Assembly (NCBI GenBank): GCA_963778655.1
Contig: CAVZVA010000010.1
Location: 32,001-96,000, forward strand
DNA: 64,000 nucleotides
Source: an uncultured delta proteobacterium
Lineage (GTDB): Bacteria; Myxococcota_A; Polyangia; Polyangiales; JAFGIB01
Direction of reading: 5' to 3'
Shown here: positions 48,237 to 56,838 of the stretch, piece by piece
How positions within the stretch are numbered: the stretch's first letter is position 1
Layout of the letters: each line of letters begins with the position of its first letter
Translations under genes and position numbers: made by a program
The notes under the pieces: generated by a model
The model's input: the letters and a program-made list of their open reading frames with translations, nothing else
What the model was told of the DNA's origin: nothing
Databases searched by the model: none

Positions 48237-49985
48237 TCAGGCGCGCGCGTGCTCGTGGCTGCTGGCGCGGTAGTGGGTGACGCGCGTCGGCGGCATCCAC
48301 TGGCTCTCGGTCTGCTGCGCCCGCCGCTCGAGCCTGCGTATGCCCAGCGCGACGACCTCACCCGCGATACGGCGGTACAGTCCCCGCACCACGAAGTCGG
48401 AAGCCAGTAGCGCGCGTGCCTGCGAAAGCAGTTGCTCGGTGCGCTCTGCAACCTGCGGGGATGGCGCGTTGCGCAGCAGGCCGACGATCACAGGGTAGAG
48501 CGTGCGGATCTGCTTCAGCTCGAGCTTGGCCTGATGGCGCAAGAACTCGCTGTCATCTCCGTGCAGCTGTTCGTACGACAGCAAATGACTCTCGAAGATC
48601 TGCAGCACGGGCGAGCCATTTTGCAGCCTCAAGCGATCATGCGCGAAGTCGAACCAGTGTCGAATTTCATCGGCGCTGAAGTGCTCGAAGTGATGGGTGC
48701 CCGACTCCCAGAGGTGAAAATCCTCCCAGCCGTAGTTCTGCTTCACCCGCGCGTTCCTGCTCATAAGATGATAGAGCTTGGTGCCTGGACACGGCCGCAT
48801 TGGGCCGATCTGGTAGAAGGTCGGGCGTAGCTTCACGAAGTGCTCGATGTCGCGTTCGATGTTCTCTGGCGTGTGGAAGTCGAAACCGAGGATCATCGAG
48901 CCGATGGTGAAGATGCCGAAGCGCCGCAAATCGTCGAACAGTTGTTGCGGCGAGCGGGCAGTCTTGCGCTTGGCGTAGGTGGCCTTGTTGGTCGAGCCGT
49001 CGGTCAGGCCCGACTCGACGCCGATCCAGATGCCCTCGACGCCGTTGTCGCGCAGCTCGCGCGGCGTGAAGCTCGCGAGCGCACGCATCGAGCCGAAGGA
49101 AATCCAGCGGAAGCCCCAGGTCTCGGGGTTGGAGCGGATCAGGCGGCCGAGCGCACGCACGAACGGCGGATCGAGGAAGATGTCCTCGTCGAACAAGATG
49201 AACGTGAGCTCGTCCTTGCCTAGCTTGCGCGCTTGGTGCTTCATGCAGTCGTAGACCTCCTCGGGCGTGAAGACCTGCACCTTCTTGTAATGGAAGAACG
49301 CGGAGGTGTTGCAGAAGTCGCACGCCGAGGGGCAGCCGAGCGAGACCAGGATCGCCGGCAACTGAAGCACCGTGCGCGGACCGTCGTAGGGGCGTACCGT
49401 CGCCGGTGGCAGAGTGTACTGCGTGATCGGGCGGTCGAACGGCTCGTCGCCGAGCAACTCCCGCATGAAGCGGATGCCCTCGGTGCGGCAGAAGTAGTCG
49501 ACGTGCGAGAGCAGATAGCCGCGATGGCCCTCGGGATCGTTGGGCACGCCCTCGTGCAGGGTCGAGACGCCGTAGCCACCGAGCACCACGATCGCATCCG
49601 GCCGCTGGCTGCGGATCTGCTTGACCATCCGTGCCACGCGCGGAACGTGGATGGTCTTGGTTTCGATGCAGATGACGTCGTAGCCATCGTTCAGCGCACG
49701 CGTGAACTGTTCCTGGCTCGGATACTCGAGCACCGTGGCCGTGTTGCTGATGTTCTCCGCGATCAGGTACATCGACCAGGTGGGCAGCACCGCCGCACGC
49801 TCCAGCATGGCATGACCGCGTGCCAGCCGAGCCCCGAGCAGATCGCTCGGCGATTGCCCCCATTTCAGATCGTAGGGACCGCAGGCGTTGGTGATCAGCA
49901 CGCGTTTGTTGCGGCCGTCGGGGATGGCTGCGGTCGCGCAGGGACTAAAGCGACTCGGTGCCGGGGTGGATAGGGTTCCGTCCAT
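48237..49985 (-). CDS. B12-binding-domain radical SAM protein
   Basis: N-terminal Rossmann-like cobalamin domain (YDVICIE..IVVLGGYG..EG), GCPSACDFC, FDEDIF, IWIGVES, ILGFDFHT, PCPGTKLY. Confidence 0.85.
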   Translation of the reverse strand: MDGTLSTPAPSRFSPCATAAIPDGRNKRVLITNACGPYDLKWGQSPSDLLGARLARGHAMLERAAVLPTWSMYLIAENISNTATVLEYPSQEQFTRALNDGYDVICIETKTIHVPRVARMVKQIRSQRPDAIVVLGGYGVSTLHEGVPNDPEGHRGYLLSHVDYFCRTEGIRFMRELLGDEPFDRPITQYTLPPATVRPYDGPRTVLQLPAILVSLGCPSACDFCNTSAFFHYKKVQVFTPEEVYDCMKHQARKLGKDELTFILFDEDIFLDPPFVRALGRLIRSNPETWGFRWISFGSMRALASFTPRELRDNGVEGIWIGVESGLTDGSTNKATYAKRKTARSPQQLFDDLRRFGIFTIGSMILGFDFHTPENIERDIEHFVKLRPTFYQIGPMRPCPGTKLYHLMSRNARVKQNYGWEDFHLWESGTHHFEHFSADEIRHWFDFAHDRLRLQNGSPVLQIFESHLLSYEQLHGDDSEFLRHQAKLELKQIRTLYPVIVGLLRNAPSPQVAERTEQLLSQARALLASDFVVRGLYRRIAGEVVALGIRRLERRAQQTESQWMPPTRVTHYRASSHEHARA

Positions 49986-50030
49986 GGCCATCGTTCTCTC
50001 CGTCGGGTACGTGCCATTCGAGCCGCCGAG

Positions 50031-50969
50031 TCAGACCGCGTGCGGCAGCGGATGCGCGCGGCCCTGGTCGTTCTGCGCTCGAGTTAGAAAGGCTGAAATC
50101 GCATCCACGATGCGCTCGGGTTGGTCCTCCTGCAGGAAGTGACTGGCGTCCTCGATCCGGACGGTTGGCGCTCGGTTGGGCAGGCGGCGCTCAAACTCTT
50201 CGAGAAACCACGGCATGAACACAGGATCGCGCATGCCCCAGATCAGCTGCGTGGGCACGTCCCAGCCATCGAGCTCAGCGCCCGTCTCGCGCAGTAACTG
50301 CCAAGCCGAATCTGTCTTGCGTATCGGCACCTGGCGCACGCTTGCCAGCTGGGCACGCCGCGAGGCCCAGGTCGGGTATGGCGCCAGGTATGCGCGGCGC
50401 ACCGCGGACGTGAGGCGATCACGGTGATGAGTACCGAGCGGCAGCAGCAGGCGTACGAAGCCGCCCATGCCCTGCACGAACAGCTCGCCGAACAAAGGCA
50501 GCCGCAACGACCACAGCAGCGGAAAGCCCCACGCTCGTGGGCGCTGGCGGGCGAGCTGCCACGGACTCTCCGGTACGAAGCCTGCGGTGTTGAGCACCAC
50601 CAGCCGCTTGACGAGCGCTTTGTGACGCGCCGCCCAGGACAAGCCGATCACGCCGCCCCAGTCCTGCACCACGAGCGTGACGTCGCGCAGCTGCAGTGCC
50701 TGAACGAACGCTTCCAACCGCATCACGTGAGCCCGCATCGAATAGTCGGCGCCAGCCGGCTTGTCCGACAGCCCGAAGCCAAGGTGGTCGGGCGCGATGC
50801 AGCGTGCCTGCGAAGACAGGCCGGTGATGATGTGCCGGTACAGATACGACCAAGTCGGATTGCCGTGCAACAGCAGGATGGTCTCGCCGTGCCCTTCGTC
50901 GACGTAGTGGACGCGATGCCCACAGACTTGGCGGTAGCGCGACTCGAAAGGGTAGGCCGGCAGCTCCAT
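50031..50969 (-). CDS. Haloalkane-dehalogenase-like alpha/beta hydrolase
   Basis: HYVDEG, LLHGNPTWSYLYR, PDHLGFGLSDKP, VQDWGG (Asp nucleophile), WGMRDP, SHFLQED. Confidence 0.9.
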   Translation of the reverse strand: MELPAYPFESRYRQVCGHRVHYVDEGHGETILLLHGNPTWSYLYRHIITGLSSQARCIAPDHLGFGLSDKPAGADYSMRAHVMRLEAFVQALQLRDVTLVVQDWGGVIGLSWAARHKALVKRLVVLNTAGFVPESPWQLARQRPRAWGFPLLWSLRLPLFGELFVQGMGGFVRLLLPLGTHHRDRLTSAVRRAYLAPYPTWASRRAQLASVRQVPIRKTDSAWQLLRETGAELDGWDVPTQLIWGMRDPVFMPWFLEEFERRLPNRAPTVRIEDASHFLQEDQPERIVDAISAFLTRAQNDQGRAHPLPHAV

Positions 50970-51231
50970 CGGGCTCGCTCCACTTCACATAAGCGTTAGT
51001 ATGTCACGCTGAGCGATCGGGGTGGTCTCAGCAACATCAAACACTGTCACACTCGATAGTGAATTGATGCTACGCATAGGGCGTACGCGACTTGCGAAAT
51101 CGCAATCCGAGCAGGGAACCATCGAGACTCGGGTCGAGACGGGTCGAGACGACCTCACGCCGTCGTGTCCCGGAAGGGATTGGGGTCAGTAGGGCTAATT
51201 CCGCGCGGCAGAATGGGAGCGATGCGATGTC

Positions 51232-51281
51232 CTAAATGACCGATCACGATTGGGGAACGGCCATGCCGATCGGTCACTTAG
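51232..51281. repeat. 50-bp palindromic REP/MITE-like element, copy 2
   Basis: CTAAATGACCGATCACGATTGGGGAACGGCCATGCCGATCGGTCACTTAG, 3 differences from 7799-7848. Confidence 0.85.
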
Positions 51282-51716
51282 TGGGGAGCGACCACGATGC
51301 TGCTATCGATGTTCACCGCCGTCTGCGCAAGCAGCCTGCCGTTGATCGACGCGCCGGTTCTCAGCGTGCCCGCCGTTTTGGTCAGAACGATTCCCTCGCA
51401 GTGCGCGGTCGTGCCGAGATCGACGAGGCCGGCCACCTGCCAGAAGACGTTCTTGGCCAGTGCCCCCCGGCCAGTAGCACCTTCGCGCCGCTGCTCATGG
51501 TGAAGTCCTGGGCGACCTGGAAGATCCAGACGTCGGTGGCGCTCCCGCTGAGAGTCACGTCCGCCGGATCTGAAGACCGGTGCCCCATTTGTATGCGCCC
51601 GGAGCAAGGGTCATCCCGCCAATGCCTCCAGCGCCCAGCTCGGTGACGCTCGCGATGAGCGAGAACAACAGGAACGCGCCTCCTGGTTTCCAAAGACACG
51701 ACTTCGAATGGATCAT
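51278..51716 (-). pseudogene. Ice-binding protein (DUF3494) pseudogene with internal deletion and two frameshifts
   Basis: Three successive frames give VTELGAGGIGGMTLAPGAYKWGTG / DVTLSGSATDVWIFQVAQDFTMSSGAKVLLAGG / ALAKNVFWQVAG..GASINGRLLAQTAV. AAGGAG RBS and a signal-like start precede them. Confidence 0.85.
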
Positions 51717-51763
51717 CTCGCTGATCTCCTTGAATCGCCACTTGCGATAGGAGACACGGACTC

Positions 51764-51922
51764 TCAGGTGACCCGACGGCCCATGATCACCCGAACGAGG
51801 ACCGCGATGATCGCCAGCACGAGCAACACGTGGATCAGCCCGCCCGCCGTAAAATGCAACGCGAAGCCGAGCACCCACATGAGGAAGAAAATGACGGCGA
51901 TGGCCCAAAGCAAATTCAACAT
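51764..51922 (-). CDS. lmo0937 (DUF5670) family small membrane protein
   Basis: MLNLLWAIAVIFFLMWVLGFALHFTAGGLIHVLLVLAIIAVLVRVIMGRRVT. Confidence 0.88.
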   Translation of the reverse strand: MLNLLWAIAVIFFLMWVLGFALHFTAGGLIHVLLVLAIIAVLVRVIMGRRVT

Positions 51923-52091
51923 GACTCGCTCCCCCCTTCGGTGGTTGAGAAGCCCCATCGATCCTACTGCCACCTTGAAGTAAGCATGATGTGTGCGGCG
52001 GCAACTGGATTCGGATACGGCAACGCAGATCGAGCACGAAGGAGCGAAATCCGTCGCCTGGGCCCGGTGGTTTGTGGGATAAGAGGAGCCG

Positions 52092-53108
52092 ATGCTCCTC
52101 GCTCGCCGGCCCACCTGTATTGAGGGTATTGCATTCGCGCTCGCTTTCTTCGCAGCGCTCGCCGCGCACGCGCAGGAGAGAGCCGGCGTGGCAGCGCAGA
52201 ACGATGTGGGCGGCGGGCCCGACGCTCCCGGAGCGACGACGTCCCCGGAAACGCCGTCAGGCCAAGCCAACACCCAAGCGCAGCCCAGCAATTCGACCAA
52301 GCCCGAGGGGGCGGACGCGGAGCAGGCGGTGAAGCGGGTGAAGCAGGTGAAGCAGGCGGAGCTGACTCCGATCGTGGCGAGCCCGCAGGGCGCCACCAAG
52401 CCTGCCTACCAGCTCTTCACTCAGACGGACCTGCCGGTTCTCGGCATCGGGCTCGTGCTCGCGGGCTCGCGCCTGGTCCGCACCCAAGCCGCCTACTGCG
52501 CGCCGCTGTGCAACCGCAACGATCTCAACGCGTTCGATCGCACGACGGCGGGTTTTTGGAACACTGGTTGGTCGACTGCGTCCGACGTGGGCATCTATTC
52601 GCTGATGGGCGGCGCCGCCATCGTGCTCGCCATCGATGAAAGCCCGTGGCCAGCGCTGAACGACGCGGTCGTCATCACCGAGTCGGCGCTGATGGCCACC
52701 GGATTCTCGGCAGTCCTCGGGCTGGCAGCCGGCCGCCCGCGCCCGTTCCTCTACGGCACGAAGGCACCGCTCGACGAACGCAACAGCCCAAACGGGGGGC
52801 TTTCGTTCACGAGCAGCCATGCCTCGGTGAGCTTTGCGCTCGTCATGTCGCTGTTCGTGACCGAACAGCGGCTGCATCCAGGAGAGGCGTTCCCCTACGT
52901 CGTCTTGGGCGGCGGGTTGGCAGTCGCGTCCTTCGTCGCTACTGCGCGAGTCATGGCCGGTAGGCACTTTATCACGGACGCGATCGGCGGAGCCGTCATC
53001 GGCACGTCGGCCGGCATCCTCGTGCCGGCGCTTCACGGCTCGCCGGTCAAGGTCGTGCCCACGGTGACGCCGGAGGCGGGCGTCGTGAGCGTCGTCGGCA
53101 CGTTCTGA
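52092..53108 (+). CDS. PAP2-family phosphatase, exported N-terminus
   Basis: Signal ..AAHAQ, GRPRPFLY, SFTSSHAS, ARVMAGRHFITD. The motif-1 Lys appears replaced by Gly. Confidence 0.85.
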   Translation: MLLARRPTCIEGIAFALAFFAALAAHAQERAGVAAQNDVGGGPDAPGATTSPETPSGQANTQAQPSNSTKPEGADAEQAVKRVKQVKQAELTPIVASPQGATKPAYQLFTQTDLPVLGIGLVLAGSRLVRTQAAYCAPLCNRNDLNAFDRTTAGFWNTGWSTASDVGIYSLMGGAAIVLAIDESPWPALNDAVVITESALMATGFSAVLGLAAGRPRPFLYGTKAPLDERNSPNGGLSFTSSHASVSFALVMSLFVTEQRLHPGEAFPYVVLGGGLAVASFVATARVMAGRHFITDAIGGAVIGTSAGILVPALHGSPVKVVPTVTPEAGVVSVVGTF

Positions 53109-53114
53109 CCAAGC

Positions 53115-54923
53115 TCACCCGGTATAGATCTCGAGCCCGATGGTCGTCCGGTACTGGGGATAGACCAAAGGCACACCCCTGAGCTGCGGTACCGGAAGAG
53201 CGATGTTGACGGGGTTGATGATGAAATAGAAGATGCGCGAGAGTTTCCACTCGACCGAGAGCGGGCTCGCGCCGATATACAGACCCAGGCTTCCCGAAGG
53301 TGCACCGTAGAGGTCCATCAGCAAGTACGAAGCCCCGGCGCTGAGGCTCATGCGAAGGTTGAAGTTCTCATAGGCGAGCGGGAATCGCAGCATCGCCGTT
53401 CCGTAGACGTTCACGACGCCTTTCCTGACCGTGGTGCCGTTGAAGGCAATCCATGGATTCCACTCCCCGTCCAAGCCGAAGGTCCATGCCTCGGTCGCAC
53501 GCAAGCGCAGGCCGAAGGTGCCCGCGAGCGCGGCCTTTTCGACCGAGCCCGACAACCCCGCGTAGGCACCAACGGCGACCTGCGATTGATCGACAGGCCC
53601 GGGCTGCTTGACGGGAACGACCGTTGGCGGCGGCGGAGCTTGACCGGCCTCCACGGTCGGGGTCGTGATCGTCGTGGTCGTCGTCGTGGGCGTGGTCTTG
53701 ACGGTCGCGGTCGTCGGAGCCGTGCCCGGCTCTTCCGACGGGGTCGTTGTGGTCGTGGTGGTCGTCTCCGTCGGCGGCTCCGCCCGGGCTGCGGCCGCAC
53801 CGAGACACAGCGCGCCCAGGACGCCCAGCGCCGCAACGCCGCGGCCCGTTCGCCGTCGCCGCCGCCTTGCGCGCCAGGCCATCGCGAAAACGAGGAGCAC
53901 GGCGCCCCCGAACATGAAGCCCCGACCTCCGCGGCCGGCCGCCACTCTGCAGCCGCACCCGGCCGCGTTCCTGTACTGATTCTCTGGTGCGTCGCACCAA
54001 TCGTTGTCGTACGTGCAGCCGGGCGAGTAGCTCAGATAGGTGTCGAGCACTGCGTCGACTGCGGCCATTTTCTCATCCTTCGTCTTGTTCGGGTCGAGGG
54101 TGGCGCGAAGAAAGGCAGTAGCGGCCTCCATCGCGAGCAGATGCCGAGTCTTCCGCAGCTCATCGGGATCGTCGCAACGGTCCATCGCGGTCGCGTGTCC
54201 AGGCCCATCGCGTGATTCGACGAGGGTGCCGTTCACTTGATCGAGCCAATTCAACACCACCGTGATCTTCTTCGAGTCAGCGCTTCGGTAGGTGTGCGAA
54301 AAGCTGTCCTCGATCGCATGAATCGCCTGACCTGCGGCGACGTAATAGGTGGGAAGAGGCGCATGCACTTGACCGCGGATCGAGAGGTGAATGCTCATTG
54401 TCGTGCGCTTGCTCACATCGGGCATGCCTTCGCCGTCGAGGCCTCCGATCGCGGTCGACGCTCGCTCGCGAATGAACGCACGGCACCTGTCGACTGCCGC
54501 CTTCGAGCCGTCCGGCTCTTTGTCGTTCTGCCCTCGCAGGCAGTGCTCCTGCTGGGCGTTGGGGTCGCCATGAACCTCGGCAAGCTCGCTAAGATCGTCC
54601 GACGAGCGCCCCTTCAAGTCGTTGTCTCTAACCGCGACGATGAGCGTGGCGCCACCGAGATCCCGCATGTCATCGTCCAGCGTGAACTGCACGTCATCGA
54701 TCAGCGCGCGCTCATCCCTTGTCGCCTCGAGTGGAGCGGCCGTTGCGAGATCTTTTCGCACCGTGCGGAGCGCAGCGGAGGTCATCGCCTCGTGGCACCC
54801 GGGCGAGAGCTCGTTCGAGATCGTGTACGCGTCGGCGGTGCTCGGGATGACTCCGAGCACGACCGAGGCGAGCAACGCGCCAAGTCGGCGTCGCCTTCGG
54901 CGCCCATCTTCAGGGTTGGTCAT
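53115..54923 (-). CDS. Secreted multidomain protein: putative Zn-PLC/HET-C-like domain, internal MYXO-CTERM-like motif, second signal-like segment, C-terminal beta-barrel-like domain
   Basis: Signal ..STADA|Y, CHEAMT, GQAIHAIEDSFSH, GCGC-TM-RRRRRR, ..GAAAARA|EPP, Thr-rich linker, amphipathic beta-strands ending YRTTIGLEIYTG. Confidence 0.75.
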   Translation of the reverse strand: MTNPEDGRRRRRRLGALLASVVLGVIPSTADAYTISNELSPGCHEAMTSAALRTVRKDLATAAPLEATRDERALIDDVQFTLDDDMRDLGGATLIVAVRDNDLKGRSSDDLSELAEVHGDPNAQQEHCLRGQNDKEPDGSKAAVDRCRAFIRERASTAIGGLDGEGMPDVSKRTTMSIHLSIRGQVHAPLPTYYVAAGQAIHAIEDSFSHTYRSADSKKITVVLNWLDQVNGTLVESRDGPGHATAMDRCDDPDELRKTRHLLAMEAATAFLRATLDPNKTKDEKMAAVDAVLDTYLSYSPGCTYDNDWCDAPENQYRNAAGCGCRVAAGRGGRGFMFGGAVLLVFAMAWRARRRRRRTGRGVAALGVLGALCLGAAAARAEPPTETTTTTTTTPSEEPGTAPTTATVKTTPTTTTTTITTPTVEAGQAPPPPTVVPVKQPGPVDQSQVAVGAYAGLSGSVEKAALAGTFGLRLRATEAWTFGLDGEWNPWIAFNGTTVRKGVVNVYGTAMLRFPLAYENFNLRMSLSAGASYLLMDLYGAPSGSLGLYIGASPLSVEWKLSRIFYFIINPVNIALPVPQLRGVPLVYPQYRTTIGLEIYTG

Positions 54924-54984
54924 TCGCGTTCCTCGCTCGTTCATGGTCCCGCACATATTCGCCGCAGCGCGGCGGAGCTCGGGC

Positions 54985-55221
54985 TCAGTGGCGATCATCG
55001 TCGTGGTGCTCTTGCTGATCCCAGCCGTGATGATCTTGGTCGTGACGACCTTGATCGTGATGCTCGTGGTCTCGGTCCCCACGCCCGTGCTCCGAGTGCT
55101 CGCGATGCTCGCGGTATTGCCCGTGGCGCGGACGCTGGGGCGGTGAGCGCACCCACAAGCCGCAGCCGGCAGTCGAGAGAACGAGACACGTAACGAGTAC
55201 CAGCCAATCGGGGCGGATCAT
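54985..55221 (-). CDS. Small His/Asp/Arg-rich lipoprotein
   Basis: MIRPDWLVLVTCLVLSTAGC lipobox, then EHREHSEHGRGDRDHEHHDQGRHDQDHH; AGGAAGG upstream. Confidence 0.6.
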   Translation of the reverse strand: MIRPDWLVLVTCLVLSTAGCGLWVRSPPQRPRHGQYREHREHSEHGRGDRDHEHHDQGRHDQDHHGWDQQEHHDDDRH

Positions 55222-55417
55222 GCGCAGCGCCTTCCTTGCCACTAGGTAGTCACCGTACCCACCGCCGCCAAATCCGACGATGCGCGAGCTCGGCCGCCCG
55301 CTTGCAGGATGGCTGCTCACCCAGGGCATCACCGAAGACGTCTGCGGTACCGACATCGCCGGCGCGTGGAAGCTGTGAATCGATCAGAGCTGCATCGCCC
55401 TTGCGGGAGGCGCGCAG

Positions 55418-55975
55418 TCACTCGTGGCCGTGGTCCGAGTGTCCGGCGGGCGGCCCTGGGCGGCCCCTTGCGTCGTTACGGGACGAATCGGGGCGGCCCC
55501 GTGAGTCGGGGCGCGGTGAATCCAAGCGCCCGCGCGAGTCGGGGCGCCCGCGCGAGCCGCGGGCGGGCGAGTCGGGGCGCCCCCGTGAGTCGGGGCGCGG
55601 TGAATCGGGACGCCTGCGTGAATCGTGGCGTCCGCGTGAATCGCGGCGCTCTTGCGGTGCCCGATAGGAGGGGCCCGGACGTTCCCGCGCCTGAGGGTGC
55701 GCGCGTGGTGCCCAGTGGCGCTGCACCCGATACCGACGCAGCGGCTCCGGCTCCTGATGCCAATAGACCCAGGTCGTGCCACGCCGGTAGTACCAACGAT
55801 CATTGACGAAGTAGACCACGCGTCCATCATAGACCGTGTGAGGGTAGCGCTCGATACCCTCTGGCACGTACTGCACTTCTACGTAAGCCGGCTCGCTGCT
55901 CCAAAAACCGCAGCCAGCGACCGTGAGCCATAGGCTCAAGCCTAGAGCGCGCGGAAACCGGAGCGAAACAAGCAC
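55418..55975 (-). CDS. Small lipoprotein with aromatic-rich core and RPDS(R/P)G repeats
   Basis: Lipobox VAGC, YPHTVYDGRVVYFVNDRWYY, about 10 RxDS units; AGGA upstream of the GTG. Confidence 0.7.
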   Translation of the reverse strand: MLVSLRFPRALGLSLWLTVAGCGFWSSEPAYVEVQYVPEGIERYPHTVYDGRVVYFVNDRWYYRRGTTWVYWHQEPEPLRRYRVQRHWAPRAHPQARERPGPSYRAPQERRDSRGRHDSRRRPDSPRPDSRGRPDSPARGSRGRPDSRGRLDSPRPDSRGRPDSSRNDARGRPGPPAGHSDHGHE

Positions 55976-55982
55976 GAGTCTC

Positions 55983-56282
55983 CTACTTGTTAGCCTGGCG
56001 GCGCGCGGCGCCCTTCAGCTTCTTGAGCGTGCCTTCGGCCTGCATCTGCTCGTTGTCGATGAGGGCACCTACGCGCTTCTTCACCGAGCCAGAAACCTCT
56101 TCGATTTTACCTCGGGCACGTTCGCTCCCCTTGGCAAGCTCTTGCTTGGCCTTGCCCTTGATCGCTCTAAAACGGCCCTCGACCTCCATCTGCTGGTTGC
56201 CGATCGCCTTGCCGAAGCTGGCCTTCGCCTTACCGGTCAGCTCTTCCACTTTGCCCTTGGTGCGGTCGCTTGTGTTGCCCAT
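55983..56282 (-). CDS. CsbD family stress protein (tandem domains)
   Basis: DRTKGKVEELTGKAKASFGKAIGNQQMEVEG and a second unit ERARGKIEEVSGSVKKRVGALIDNEQMQAEG; GGAGG RBS. Confidence 0.9.
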   Translation of the reverse strand: MGNTSDRTKGKVEELTGKAKASFGKAIGNQQMEVEGRFRAIKGKAKQELAKGSERARGKIEEVSGSVKKRVGALIDNEQMQAEGTLKKLKGAARRQANK

Positions 56283-56379
56283 GATGGTGCCTCCGGTTTT
56301 GTCGCGTGCGATGCAAACAAAGAGATAGACGCCGTCTCGAAGGCCGTCAACGCGGAGTCAAGGCTGCTGCGGGCGGACG

Positions 56380-56526
56380 TCAGGCTCGGCGACGTTGAAA
56401 GACCTGCATGAGCACGACGACGATCGCGAGGATGAGCAGCACGTGGATGAATCCACCCATGGTATACGCGCTCACTAGACCGAGTGCCCACAGCACGAGA
56501 AGAATGACGGCGATGGTCCAAAGCAT
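56380..56526 (-). CDS. lmo0937 (DUF5670) family small membrane protein, second copy (not in ORF track)
   Basis: Own translation MLWTIAVILLVLWALGLVSAYTMGGFIHVLLILAIVVVLMQVFQRRRA*; GGAGG RBS. Confidence 0.88.
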   Translation of the reverse strand: MLWTIAVILLVLWALGLVSAYTMGGFIHVLLILAIVVVLMQVFQRRRA

Positions 56527-56682
56527 GGCTGCCTCCACTCAGGAGCGGTAATCCGCTGTCCCGGTGTAGCTTAGGTACGTCCCGCGGCACGCCTGTCAAG
56601 CGGAGCCGGAGGCCTCCGACTCGCCTATCCGCGGCGCCCGTGTCCACACGTCATTCGCCACGCGGCATTGCCCTCGAGCAAG

Positions 56683-56762
56683 ATGCACAGGCTCTGGGGC
56701 TTTCGGATCCACACAAGGCCATGATGCAGATGGCCATGTTCATGAAGAACGTGTCCATGCTC
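56683..56762 (+). pseudogene. DoxX family gene remnant
   Basis: MHRLWG then, after a frameshift, LSDPHKAMMQMAMFMKNVSML, resembling the DoxX H.FW...FMKN.S motif. No rest of the gene is present. Confidence 0.6.
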
Positions 56763-56838
56763 CCGAGCTCATGGGTCGCGGCTCGGTCGGCGATTGCGGT
56801 CGTGCCTGGCGTGTCTATTGCATCTGTCAGGGCCCACG

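Noticed and set aside
40019..50969. oleABCD olefin biosynthesis cluster
   Set aside because: The thiolase is SCP2-type rather than OleA/FabH-like, the reductase is not OleD-like, and ACADs are present.
51121..51152. TCGAGAC repeated three times as a CRISPR or iteron array
   Set aside because: Repeats and spacers far too short; no cas or rep genes in the window.
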